Under the pieces are notes generated by a model. The model saw nothing but the letters and a program-made list of their open reading frames with translations, was not told where the DNA came from and searched no databases. From a virus, in the IMG/VR virus record IMGVR_UViG_3300025115_000007, positions 2,708 through 66,707 of that record: a stretch of 64,000 nt of DNA, one strand, 5' to 3'. Position numbers and translations under genes: made by a program. Positions 9,340 through 17,936 of the stretch are shown here, piece after piece (positions within the stretch are counted from its first letter, which is position 1; every line of letters starts with the position of its first letter).

Positions 9340-9675
9340 TCACATCAACTCTTTATACCATCTATATTCTATTCGACTGATCCCAAGTTCCTTCCTGGTG
9401 TCGATTTCATTCTCATCGGCTTTATCTTTTTTGATCCATTTAAGGAACCTTCTGCCTTTTGGAACCATGTGGTAATAATACTTTTGGATGAGTCGGTCAT
9501 CGATCAGGAAGTGAATGTCGTTAATGTCATTAATCAATTCTAAGAGATCGTTGGAGTGTGACAACCAGAGTGACATCAAATAGGCCGGCATCACTCTGGG
9601 ATCATATGGCTCCTGCTTCTTATAGAAGATGTTGTTCAGCGGAGCAAAAAACTCATTGAAGGATTGCTTTTTCAA
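9340..9675 (-). CDS. gp62: clamp loader small subunit (gp62-like)
   Basis: YL...WLS....VPKGRRFLKWIKK pattern next to gp44. Confidence 0.75.
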   Translation of the reverse strand: MKKQSFNEFFAPLNNIFYKKQEPYDPRVMPAYLMSLWLSHSNDLLELINDINDIHFLIDDRLIQKYYYHMVPKGRRFLKWIKKDKADENEIDTRKELGISRIEYRWYKELM

Positions 9676-10568
9676 ATCACACCATCCCTCATCATCCGCG
9701 CAACCATAGCCAAAAAGTTGATTTCCTGTATGGCCACGATACTGCTTCGGTACAATGCGTTACCGATCTCAATGATGGCATCACCAGGCGACTTGAACTG
9801 ATCCACATTGTCAAACAAATGCTGGTACAAATCTGGGTACATAATCATGTTGCTCCGCAGTATCTTCCTGATTGTATCCAGGTCATGTTCCAACATGGCT
9901 TTCAGTATTTCATCATATATGGTGTTGGCTTTGTCTAAGGTGACATGACTTATCTTACCATTCACTGTATTGAGCTGGAGTGTATTGATCATCCGGCGAA
10001 TATCCGGATAATAGCTTTTGATCAAGGCCACAAGGTCCTCTTTGGACTCTAAGACCACCTTCTCTTTTTTGAGGATACCCTGTAGGAACATATAGATGTC
10101 CTTTGGTGGCGGGCTATTAAGGCTAACACATTGACATCTGGATATGATCTCCGGTATGATCTTCTGCTCATAGTTACACATATAGATAAACCTGGTGATT
10201 GATTGGACAGACTCCTGTAAATCCCTTATGGCCCATTGCGCATTTACGGAAAGTGCGTCCATTTCGTTAAGTATGACATATTTCTTGGTGGCCGCAAAGC
10301 CCAGTGCTGTGGCGAAGGCCTTGATTTTTGTCCGGACTGTATCCACATTGTTTTCATCTGATGCATTGATCTTAATATAATCAACACCAGTGGTTCGTAG
10401 GAAAATATTGGTGAAAGTTCCTTTACCAATACCAGGGGGTCCCGATAGCATAAGGTTAGGCATTTCAACCAAGGCCTTCTCAAGCTTGGCTTTTATAGAT
10501 GGGTCTAAGCACATCTCTTGGAGAGATTGGGGCTCGTTGGAAAAGGTCCAAAGCGTTGTTTTATCCAT
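9672..10568 (-). CDS. gp44: clamp loader AAA+ subunit (gp44/RFC-like)
   Basis: GPPGIGKGT, INASD, NEMD, CNY, SRC motifs. Confidence 0.92.
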   Translation of the reverse strand: MDKTTLWTFSNEPQSLQEMCLDPSIKAKLEKALVEMPNLMLSGPPGIGKGTFTNIFLRTTGVDYIKINASDENNVDTVRTKIKAFATALGFAATKKYVILNEMDALSVNAQWAIRDLQESVQSITRFIYMCNYEQKIIPEIISRCQCVSLNSPPPKDIYMFLQGILKKEKVVLESKEDLVALIKSYYPDIRRMINTLQLNTVNGKISHVTLDKANTIYDEILKAMLEHDLDTIRKILRSNMIMYPDLYQHLFDNVDQFKSPGDAIIEIGNALYRSSIVAIQEINFLAMVARMMRDGVI

Positions 10569-10681
10569 AATGGTCTCCTATGGGATTAGTATAGCATGGT
10601 TGGTACAAAAAGTAAACGCTGGATGGTTAAGATCCAGCGTTCACTCTGTACTGGTACAACATCACACCTTGGTTGCTCTGG

Positions 10682-10954
10682 TTACTGTACGGCTGTTTTC
10701 AGCTCACCAGAGGGCTTGAACTTGATCACCCGGCGCGCCTCTACATCCACCGTTTCACCTGTTTTGGGGTTTCTTGCCGTGCGTGCCGGTTTGTCTTTGA
10801 CCTTGAATGAGCCAAAACCAACAATACCGACTTCACCGTCCTCGATTAAACCTGATCGAAGACCTTCGACCACCGCCGCCACAACCATACCGGCATCCCG
10901 CTTGCTAATATTGGTGGTACCCGCCACAAATTCTACCAAATCTTTCTTACGCAT
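10682..10954 (-). CDS. hup: HU/IHF-family DNA-binding protein
   Basis: GFGSF....ARTARNPKTGE....FKPS. Confidence 0.95.
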   Translation of the reverse strand: MRKKDLVEFVAGTTNISKRDAGMVVAAVVEGLRSGLIEDGEVGIVGFGSFKVKDKPARTARNPKTGETVDVEARRVIKFKPSGELKTAVQ

Positions 10955-11025
10955 AAAATGTACAACCTCCAATTTTTATTGTTACCGCTATTTTATCAGG
11001 CTAAGGCCTGATTGTAAACATGTGC

Positions 11026-11976
11026 CTATAAAATATTTTTCACATTGGTGATGATAAACTCATCCCAGAAATGTCGGTCCACTTTATCCGGCAAGGTGGA
11101 TTTGTTACACAGCTCCTCTACCTCCTGGATCAAACCATCCAACATTGGGGACACCACGGTCTCAAAGCCCAGCTTACCCAGCTTGATGTTCATCAGTAAT
11201 TCCCGCGCTTTCAGTGGGAACGTGATAGTACCATCCTTGTATAGCTCTTTTAGCTGGAGACAGGCCCGGACAGCATGGGTGATCGCTTTCCAGTCGTGGC
11301 CATCCAAGGACAACCTGGCCCTGTTGCCATATTTCTCCATGATCCGGAACACAATATCCAATGCACCGGAAACGGTAAGAGTCTTTTCGATCTTACGGCC
11401 ACACACTTCATAGAAAATCTTTGGGCCATATGGCGTTTCGGTATTGACAAATTGGACATTTTGGTCAGTCGGTAGCATAGACCAAATCTCATCCATACGG
11501 AAATAATCATTTGCAATATCAGTATTGACACTGGTCAAAAAATTATGTACCATGGTGGCGGACCTTAGCCTATCACCCTTGTTACCGTACTTGTGGCACT
11601 GAGTCCGGGCGTATCCAAGGTAGGACTTCAGCTTGGTGGTGTAGAACCTGGACCTATTGGCCACAATTTCATCCCATAAAGAACTGGTTTGGATCAACAT
11701 GTTGTTAGGTGCATGGAGCATATCCAACGCAATGGTATTACCCTCACAGGCCATATTAATGAAATGGTGTAGGGAGAAAAACTCGATATCCGTGTCCTCC
11801 GGACCATTACGGTCACTGAGGGACTTCTTGATGCTTGTATTCAGGCTCCTTGGAATCCTACCAAGCAAGATGGACCTCATGTCCGGAAGGAAAACACCCC
11901 GGTAATCCTGGTCACTTTCCGGAGTGGCCAGACCGTAGAGTTGACTGCCATAATGCATTTCCACGATGGTTTTCAT
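11026..11976 (-). CDS. nucleotidyltransferase (T4 NrdC.11-like)
   Basis: GSQLYGLATPESDQDYRGVFLP, DWKA.THA.R. Confidence 0.85.
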   Translation of the reverse strand: MKTIVEMHYGSQLYGLATPESDQDYRGVFLPDMRSILLGRIPRSLNTSIKKSLSDRNGPEDTDIEFFSLHHFINMACEGNTIALDMLHAPNNMLIQTSSLWDEIVANRSRFYTTKLKSYLGYARTQCHKYGNKGDRLRSATMVHNFLTSVNTDIANDYFRMDEIWSMLPTDQNVQFVNTETPYGPKIFYEVCGRKIEKTLTVSGALDIVFRIMEKYGNRARLSLDGHDWKAITHAVRACLQLKELYKDGTITFPLKARELLMNIKLGKLGFETVVSPMLDGLIQEVEELCNKSTLPDKVDRHFWDEFIITNVKNIL

Positions 11977-11994
11977 ATCACACCTTTCATATAT

Positions 11995-12068
11995 TGGTGG
12001 GATCGGTTGGACTTGAACCAACAGTCAAAGCCTTATAAGGACTACGCTTTACATTAAGCTACGACCCC
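11995..12068 (-). tRNA. tRNA-Ile(TAT)
   Basis: loop CT-TAT-AA, A73, CCA. Confidence 0.85.
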
Positions 12069-12077
12069 ATTTTTATT

Positions 12078-12818
12078 TGGTAGGACCGGCAGGATTTGCG
12101 CCTGCGACCTATCGGTTATCAACACCGTGTTGACTCCAAGGTTCCAGTTTTCCGGATGGTAAACATCGTCGTATATTATTGATACTATCGATACCATACA
12201 TTTTTACCAATCTTTTTTTGACCGTTGCGCCACTTACACCTAACATATCACCTGTTCCAACAAAGCTTTTGGTTTGTTTGAGTAATTCAACCAAATCTAT
12301 TCCATCCCAATCGATTTTTTGAGTGGCCTTCGCGGCGCAGGCCCGTGAACATGTGTGCAGCTTTTTATACTTCTCATTTCCACAAATAGGACAAACGTCA
12401 AAAAGTTGACCATGTTTATAATCCTCGAAAGTCTCATCAAACATTTGAACATTGTTTGGTATTTCTAACAACCCATCATGGACTTCACCATGACAATTCG
12501 CGCACAACAAAACACACTTTCGTAGCTCCACAACAATCTTTGCCCAGGATTTAGCATTACCAAGAATAAAATCTTTTATGTTTCCATCTGTATGGTGGAA
12601 ACATAATGAGCGGTGTGTTTTGTTGTAACCGCAAATACCACATTTTCCTCCAAAAGCGTCGATCATTCTTTGTTTTGTCCGACTTCTCCATCGTTTTACT
12701 TCCTCATAGCTCATATAAACCCTCCAGCACTTTCTTATCATGTATTTATAAGAAACTCACTGAAGGTACACATAAACCATTTTTGAGATGCCGGCTCTAC
12801 TAACTGAGCTACAGTCCT
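12078..12818 (-). tRNA. tRNA-Ile(GAT)-like gene interrupted by ~670 nt containing HNH ORF
   Basis: 5' half AGGACTG..GAGC (12818-12794) pairs with 3' half ..CGGTCCT-A-CCA; loop TT-GAT-AA on the 3' side. Confidence 0.6.
12109..12714 (-). CDS. HNH endonuclease
   Basis: CGICGY....L.FHH....KCVLLCANCHGEVH; late promoter 12743-12750. Confidence 0.85.
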   Translation of the reverse strand: MSYEEVKRWRSRTKQRMIDAFGGKCGICGYNKTHRSLCFHHTDGNIKDFILGNAKSWAKIVVELRKCVLLCANCHGEVHDGLLEIPNNVQMFDETFEDYKHGQLFDVCPICGNEKYKKLHTCSRACAAKATQKIDWDGIDLVELLKQTKSFVGTGDMLGVSGATVKKRLVKMYGIDSINNIRRCLPSGKLEPWSQHGVDNR

Positions 12819-12830
12819 CCAAGTTCAAAT

Positions 12831-12871
12831 TTAGCAATTAGGGGCTTTAGCCGGACTAAGCTACGCAACCA
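12831..12871 (-). pseudogene. truncated tRNA 5' half
   Basis: GGTTGCG-TA-GCTTAGTCCGGCTAAAGC D-arm, no T-arm or acceptor partner. Confidence 0.5.
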
Positions 12872-12923
12872 AATTTTACACATCCTAACACAACCGGCTC
12901 CATTTGTCAAGTATTATTTTAGC

Positions 12924-13457
12924 CTAAACGATGTCGAACATGATATTGTAATGGTCCCATAGACTTGTGATCAATTCCTGCTCCTTTTCACCTTTCAAGG
13001 ATGCTTTGATCTTGCCTTCCTTGGAGGTGTCAATAAACAGTAGGGACACAAACTCATAATGGGTGGAAAACACTATTGCCTGGCCTATGCCCTCACGTAA
13101 CTCTGGTCCAGACTCACCTTTCTTGATCTCTACAGCCACCTTTGTACCTGGATTGAATTTGAACACAAAGTCCGGTCTATGATTGGTACCAAACAGCTGG
13201 ATATGGTTGATAGTAGTAGCAACATTTGACTCCCACAGCAGGTTTTTCTTGCTCTTTTTGGCAGCAAGACGGGGATTACATCCAACAAGGCATTTATAAA
13301 TTTCCTCCACCTCTTTTAGGAGGAAAGGATGGATGTATTGCTTGATTTCCTTTTCGTCCTGCCGCTTATAGGGAATTGTGCCATATACCTCACTACACTT
13401 TAGACCCTTCATCAACCGGTTCATCATTTGAACTCTGATTATGCTCTTTTTTGACAT
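12924..13457 (-). CDS. PD-(D/E)XK nuclease-like protein
   Basis: RPDFV....VAVEIK....GIGQA. Confidence 0.6.
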   Translation of the reverse strand: MSKKSIIRVQMMNRLMKGLKCSEVYGTIPYKRQDEKEIKQYIHPFLLKEVEEIYKCLVGCNPRLAAKKSKKNLLWESNVATTINHIQLFGTNHRPDFVFKFNPGTKVAVEIKKGESGPELREGIGQAIVFSTHYEFVSLLFIDTSKEGKIKASLKGEKEQELITSLWDHYNIMFDIV

Positions 13458-14421
13458 TTTCAGCCTCCACAGTTTTATTTGGTACCATAGCACATAGATT
13501 TCCGTTTGTCAAGAAGGTGGTATCCTTCCCTTCAACCATACTATAATCCATGATGTGAAATCCCTCCCGGATAAAATACCGGAGCCTGGTATCACCGTGC
13601 TTATTTAGGAACTTGACCAGGTCAATAATATCATATATATGCGCTCCGCCTATCTTGTCGGCATGTATCCTAAGAGCCCTGCCTACGGACTGTAACACTC
13701 TAACATTGCTCTTGAAAGGGCTTGCCAATATAATATAGGCGAGACTAGGTACATTAACACCCATGCTGAATATTGGGTAAGTGGCAATCAAGATGATATT
13801 TTTACGCTTCTCCAATTCAGCCCGCCAATGATCCCTTTCACTAGTTTTGGTATCACCCCATATAAAAACGACTTCCTTACCCATATCATTGTTAGCGTCC
13901 AAGTATTCCTTGAGCAAATGGCCCTCTTTTTCTATTTTCCCCACCAGGACCAATATATTAGAATCACATTGGCTCAAGATGTCCTTGATTAGCCTAAGCC
14001 GGTACTCATTTTGGAACACAGCATCCTTGATCTCGTTATATTCGCCAGTGATCCTGGATGCGTATTTTACCGAAATTGAATGGACAGTACAGTGGGACAC
14101 ATAGCCAAGCTTAGCCAAGTCGGAAGCCGTGTATTCCTTCAGCACTGGGCCAAGATAGCCCTGTATTTGCCACATTTCAAGTTTTGGTATAGGCAATGTA
14201 CCGGTGAAACCAAGCCGGACCGACGCATTGGTTGACTTGGAGAGGATCTTTTGTAATGATCTTGCCCTGGAGACATGTGCTTCATCCACCAATACACAAT
14301 CCATGGAACTCAATAATGATGTGTTTTGTGGAAGATCAGCATATATAGACTGCCATGTTGATATTACTATTGGACTCTCATGTTTTACAATTTCGATGTT
14401 TTTGATTTTTTTGAAATGCAT
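13393..14421 (-). CDS. uvsW: UvsW-like SF2 helicase, C-terminal part
   Basis: ISTWQS, DEAH, GFTGT, QSVGRALR. Confidence 0.9.
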   Translation of the reverse strand: MHFKKIKNIEIVKHESPIVISTWQSIYADLPQNTSLLSSMDCVLVDEAHVSRARSLQKILSKSTNASVRLGFTGTLPIPKLEMWQIQGYLGPVLKEYTASDLAKLGYVSHCTVHSISVKYASRITGEYNEIKDAVFQNEYRLRLIKDILSQCDSNILVLVGKIEKEGHLLKEYLDANNDMGKEVVFIWGDTKTSERDHWRAELEKRKNIILIATYPIFSMGVNVPSLAYIILASPFKSNVRVLQSVGRALRIHADKIGGAHIYDIIDLVKFLNKHGDTRLRYFIREGFHIMDYSMVEGKDTTFLTNGNLCAMVPNKTVEAENVKKEHNQSSNDEPVDEGSKV

Positions 14422-15313
14422 TATACGCTCCTGTCAATAACCTTCTCACATGGGGTTCAAAATTTTCAAATATGTTTGTATCTACGTTACCAAATAATTC
14501 GTTTTCCGTGATGAGTACGTATGTGTAACCGTTCTTTTTACACCATTTTATTGATTCCCTTAGCTTTGTGGTGATCTTTTTCCTATTACACTCCGGCTTA
14601 ATTTCATAGATTATGTTATTTGTTGGGTCCAAGAAGTCTGTAATATGCACCTTTGGCTTACCAGAATCCTTATATGGTATCCTAACCTTTTCATACAAAA
14701 AGTCTGGGTGAAGAAACGCAAATAACACTTCCCAACTCGACCGGTATTTTTTGCCATTGAACTCTAAATTCTTACGTGTCAAGGAATTATGAACTGGTGG
14801 CGTAAAGAGACCCTCCAAAATAAGATGTTTCATGTGGTTCGATTTTTGTTCTTTCAGCTCATCGGACACTGGTTTACCAAAGGCGGGGTTTTTGTCACCT
14901 AACCTACCTTGTGAGAAATGTTTTAGCACCCGGTCATCTATCTCTTTTGTCAGACCTTTATTCCAAATATTCACCATACCAACGGTTCCCTTATTCCATG
15001 GTATACCGGTATTCATATTTTTTCTCAATTCTGGATATAGCCTTTGTGCTGCAAGCCCTCCTTGTCTGCATCCCAAACTTTTTATTCGCTTTCGCGCGGA
15101 CGTGGAGATACTGGTATCAGTGCTGTATATTTCATCAATTAGTGTTGGATGTTTGGATAAACGTCTCCGAAAGCTTTGTATTTCAAGCTTTCCTGATAGA
15201 ATAACACCATTACTCAGTTTTATAACTTGACCATCATATGATAAAACAGTGAGATCGCTATTATAGCTATTCAATACAGTGTTCCAGTAAGGTACCATTT
15301 CATTACGTGTCAT
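14378..15313 (-). CDS. homing endonuclease-like protein (NUMOD3-like repeats + PD-(D/E)XK)
   Basis: PWNKG repeats, G.KNPAFGK, YRSSWE..YE..I.Y..ITDF....EIKP. Confidence 0.75.
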   Translation of the reverse strand: MTRNEMVPYWNTVLNSYNSDLTVLSYDGQVIKLSNGVILSGKLEIQSFRRRLSKHPTLIDEIYSTDTSISTSARKRIKSLGCRQGGLAAQRLYPELRKNMNTGIPWNKGTVGMVNIWNKGLTKEIDDRVLKHFSQGRLGDKNPAFGKPVSDELKEQKSNHMKHLILEGLFTPPVHNSLTRKNLEFNGKKYRSSWEVLFAFLHPDFLYEKVRIPYKDSGKPKVHITDFLDPTNNIIYEIKPECNRKKITTKLRESIKWCKKNGYTYVLITENELFGNVDTNIFENFEPHVRRLLTGAYNAFQKNQKHRNCKT

Positions 15314-15349
15314 ATTTCTTACCTCTTTGTTGTGTGTGTTTGGAATTAT

Positions 15350-16045
15350 TTATAGAATCTCATCCGTGGAGGTTAACTCCTTGGCAAGGATTTTGCCACG
15401 CTTTGATTCCACAACATCATTCCTATTATAGAGTTTTTTTGAGCCATCACCAAATGTAACACACACCTTAGAAGATGTTTCCGACCCCGAATATATTACA
15501 TCCACTGGTAACCCCAGTCCATACTCTATAAAATCCGATTCAAGCTGCACGCATAGATTTGTAGTAGGCACGATAATGAGAGCTTTTTTGATCTTTTTAG
15601 CGTGGAATAGCTCACTGAGTATGTATGCCATGATAAGGCTCTTGCCGGATGCAACGGAGGACTTGATCAGACCACGGCCGTAGCGTAAAGCTGTGGTTAT
15701 GCAATCAAGCTGATAAGGACGTGGCGTAAGGGCCAGCTCCGCGGTAATCTTGGGATCTTCTATGCATTTGAACAGGGAGGCTATGTCCGGTGAGATACCC
15801 AGTTCTTCCAGCGGATATTCTTTTTTCATATACCTGAGGAAATCTGTTAGGAGACCATATGGTAGTGTTCTGGACCCACTATTGAACATGCAGACCTTAC
15901 CATCCCATCCTCCTATTCCATACTGTGGCATGAACCTGGCGCCAGGCACCATCGCACTAAAGTGTTCCTTCAGGCCCATCAGTATGGACCTGTCTTCCGT
16001 GTCTATCCTGATGTGAAGTGGGTCGTGTAGCTCAAGCCGGATCAC
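15350..16045 (-). CDS. uvsW: UvsW-like SF2 helicase, N-terminal part
   Basis: WDGK, PRPYQ, ASGKSLI, IIVPT..L..Q...DF.EYG; start trimmed to GTG overlapping uvsY stop. Confidence 0.88.
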   Translation of the reverse strand: MIRLELHDPLHIRIDTEDRSILMGLKEHFSAMVPGARFMPQYGIGGWDGKVCMFNSGSRTLPYGLLTDFLRYMKKEYPLEELGISPDIASLFKCIEDPKITAELALTPRPYQLDCITTALRYGRGLIKSSVASGKSLIMAYILSELFHAKKIKKALIIVPTTNLCVQLESDFIEYGLGLPVDVIYSGSETSSKVCVTFGDGSKKLYNRNDVVESKRGKILAKELTSTDEIL

Positions 16046-16500
16046 AAGGCACCTCTTGCCGTCTTGATGAAATCCTTGATTCCCCAAGACATTTTATCCA
16101 GGGCCTTCAGGCATCCTTCCATATATTCCACCGTGATCCTTTGGCGCCTGATAATCTTATCCATGGATTGTATTGAGGGGTGACGTGGTATATAGTATTC
16201 CTTGATCTCATACTTGTCCAGTTTCTCATTGGCAGAGAACCGATAGTGTTCATAAAGCTGTCCGGCTATATCTACCCGTTGATCCTCTAAGGCTTCCAGC
16301 ATGGCCTTTTCTTTGATATGGTATTCCTGGTATTCAACTATCTTCATGGGAAGTATGCTGAGCCTGTCTTGGAGGTTAAATTCATCATAGGAGACGAAAT
16401 CGGTGATGGGGTACTTGGCTTTTAGCTCAGCCAATAGAGACCCTTGTTCATTGGCAGTGTCTTTTATGTCTTTGATAAGCTTCTTGGTATCGATTTCCAA
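16042..16500 (-). CDS. uvsY: UvsY-like recombination mediator
   Basis: helical, ends ..SWGIKDFI; adjacent to uvsW. Confidence 0.7.
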   Translation of the reverse strand: MEIDTKKLIKDIKDTANEQGSLLAELKAKYPITDFVSYDEFNLQDRLSILPMKIVEYQEYHIKEKAMLEALEDQRVDIAGQLYEHYRFSANEKLDKYEIKEYYIPRHPSIQSMDKIIRRQRITVEYMEGCLKALDKMSWGIKDFIKTARGAL

Positions 16501-16598
16501 AGGGTGGCTCCTGGAGTAATAATTGTCATTTTAGCATATTTGATGGGACATGTAAATAGGGTATGACAACCTCATGAAATATTTATGAAATATTTTTC

Positions 16599-16627
16599 TT
16601 GACAAAGCTGGTTTGGTGTGATATACT
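16599..16627 (+). promoter_or_regulatory. sigma70-type early promoter for ncRNA/tRNA cluster
   Basis: TTGACA-17-TATACT with TG extension; same type at 17456, 20810, 22110, 25860, 26538, 49766, 52043, 56314 (approx.). Confidence 0.8.
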
Positions 16628-16764
16628 GTGTTCACGAAATGAGAAAAACATGATTACTCAGGAAGGCCGGACAAACATCCGAGCATGGGGTAACCGGTAA
16701 TGCATTGAGGACAGAGACCTGGCTTTTCATGGTAGGATCAAAATCCAGGAGCTTTGAAAATATG

Positions 16765-16845
16765 ACGGCGGTCGTTTATGTAGTAAGACACCTTAGTTGC
16801 CGTATGGCCGAGGAGAACCTGGTGCAAGTCCGGGACGCCCCACCA
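16765..16845 (+). ncRNA. degenerate tRNA-like RNA with 13-nt anticodon loop
   Basis: D stem GTTT/AGAC, T arm CCTGG-TGCAAGT-CCGGG, ACCA end, mismatched acceptor. Confidence 0.45.
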
Positions 16846-16852
16846 AAGATAT

Positions 16853-16982
16853 GGGATGTTATACAGGTTATAGTCCCTTGATGCTGGAAGTCATTCTTAC
16901 CGCGCGGAAGTCAATGACAGGCATATGAGAGGGCTGTAAAAATCTCTATAGACCGAAGCCTGTTAGGGTAGATCATCCCGCC
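16853..16982 (+). ncRNA. rod-shaped ncRNA, possibly 6S-like
   Basis: nested stems GGGATG/CATCCC, ACAGGTT/AGCCTGT, TATAG/CTATA, CCCTT/GAGGG, ATGC/GCAT, GTCATT/AATGAC. Confidence 0.5.
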
Positions 16983-16988
16983 GAATAT

Positions 16989-17067
16989 GGTCCGTTAGCT
17001 TAGTCCGGCTTAAAGCACTGGCTTGTCACGCCAGAGATCGTGAGTCCGAATCTCACACGGATCGCCA
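16989..17067 (+). tRNA. tRNA-Asp(GTC)
   Basis: loop TT-GTC-AC, G73, CCA. Confidence 0.9.
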
Positions 17068-17072
17068 AACAT

Positions 17073-17144
17073 TGGGCTACATGATAGGAGACGTAGCAGG
17101 CGGAGAGTTTCCGTCAGACAGCAGTTAGCCTATCGTGTGGCCCA
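17073..17144 (+). ncRNA. long hairpin RNA of unknown function
   Basis: 16-bp stem TGGGCTACATGATAGG/CCTATCGTGTGGCCCA with G-U pairs, inner stem GGCGGA/TCCGTC. Confidence 0.45.
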
Positions 17145-17156
17145 TAAGGAGTCATT

Positions 17157-17426
17157 ATGTGGTTGAACACCAAAGACCTTACCAAATCGGAAGAGATGGT
17201 ACTCAGAGCGTCCCGACAAACAGATTATGGTGACTGCCTGGCTGAAGGCCAATGGTCATTTGCCGTCTGTGAAGCAGCCAAGATGAATGAAAAACAGTAT
17301 AGGGGTGTTGTGTCCTCATTGATCAAGAAGGGTTATATAACCATATGGGATAATGAGGATAAAGGTCGTTTCAGGGACATGGTTTTCTCATACACGGAGG
17401 CAGGTAGAAAGCTGTGGGTTGTCTAA
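17157..17426 (+). CDS. winged-helix-like protein
   Basis: GVVSSLIKKGYI....YTEAG. Confidence 0.6.
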   Translation: MWLNTKDLTKSEEMVLRASRQTDYGDCLAEGQWSFAVCEAAKMNEKQYRGVVSSLIKKGYITIWDNEDKGRFRDMVFSYTEAGRKLWVV

Positions 17427-17512
17427 CCACCTAATATGGTTATGAAACATTTTTCTTGACATGTTTACATTTTTATGGTATAATATATCATCAAAATGAG
17501 AAAGGTAGTGAC

Positions 17513-17731
17513 ATGACGATCAAAAAGAAGAAAAATAGCGGCCGGATAGAAATTGACCTTACGGGGCCTGCCGGGAATGCCTTCAACCTGTTAGGTGTGG
17601 CGGGCCGTTTGGCCAAGCAGTTGGACCTTGACAAGGAGGCCATTATAGACGAAATGACCTCCGGTGACTATGAGAACCTGGTTGCCGTGTTTGATCGCTA
17701 TTTCGGCGAATTTGTAATATTATACAGATGA
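17513..17731 (+). CDS. conserved hypothetical phage protein
   Basis: IDLTGPAGNAF.L....EM.SGDYE.L...FD..FG. Confidence 0.75.
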   Translation: MTIKKKKNSGRIEIDLTGPAGNAFNLLGVAGRLAKQLDLDKEAIIDEMTSGDYENLVAVFDRYFGEFVILYR

Positions 17732-17741
17732 GGAGTGTGGA

Positions 17742-17933
17742 ATGCAGACGGAACGTGAAATTTATGCAGATGCAAATTCGGCCATTGCTCGGCTGAGGAA
17801 CAATGGTGTGATCGTGGACACAGAGGCCAAACTGATTGAGGTTGGCCCGAAGACCGGGATCAAGTTGTGGGGTGCAATCGATTACCTACAGAACCATGTG
17901 AAAGGTTACACCTGGTTCAGAAAGGCCTATTAA
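17742..17933 (+). CDS. hypothetical protein
   Basis: RBS GAGGAG. Confidence 0.6.
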   Translation: MQTEREIYADANSAIARLRNNGVIVDTEAKLIEVGPKTGIKLWGAIDYLQNHVKGYTWFRKAY

Positions 17934-17936
17934 GCC

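Noticed and set aside
12121-12790. Group I intron in tRNA
   Set aside because: No recognisable P7 core, and almost no room outside the ORF.
16649-16700. Second leader peptide (MITQEGRTNIRAWGNR) before ncRNA cluster
   Set aside because: No clear RBS, terminator or codon match to downstream tRNA-Asp.
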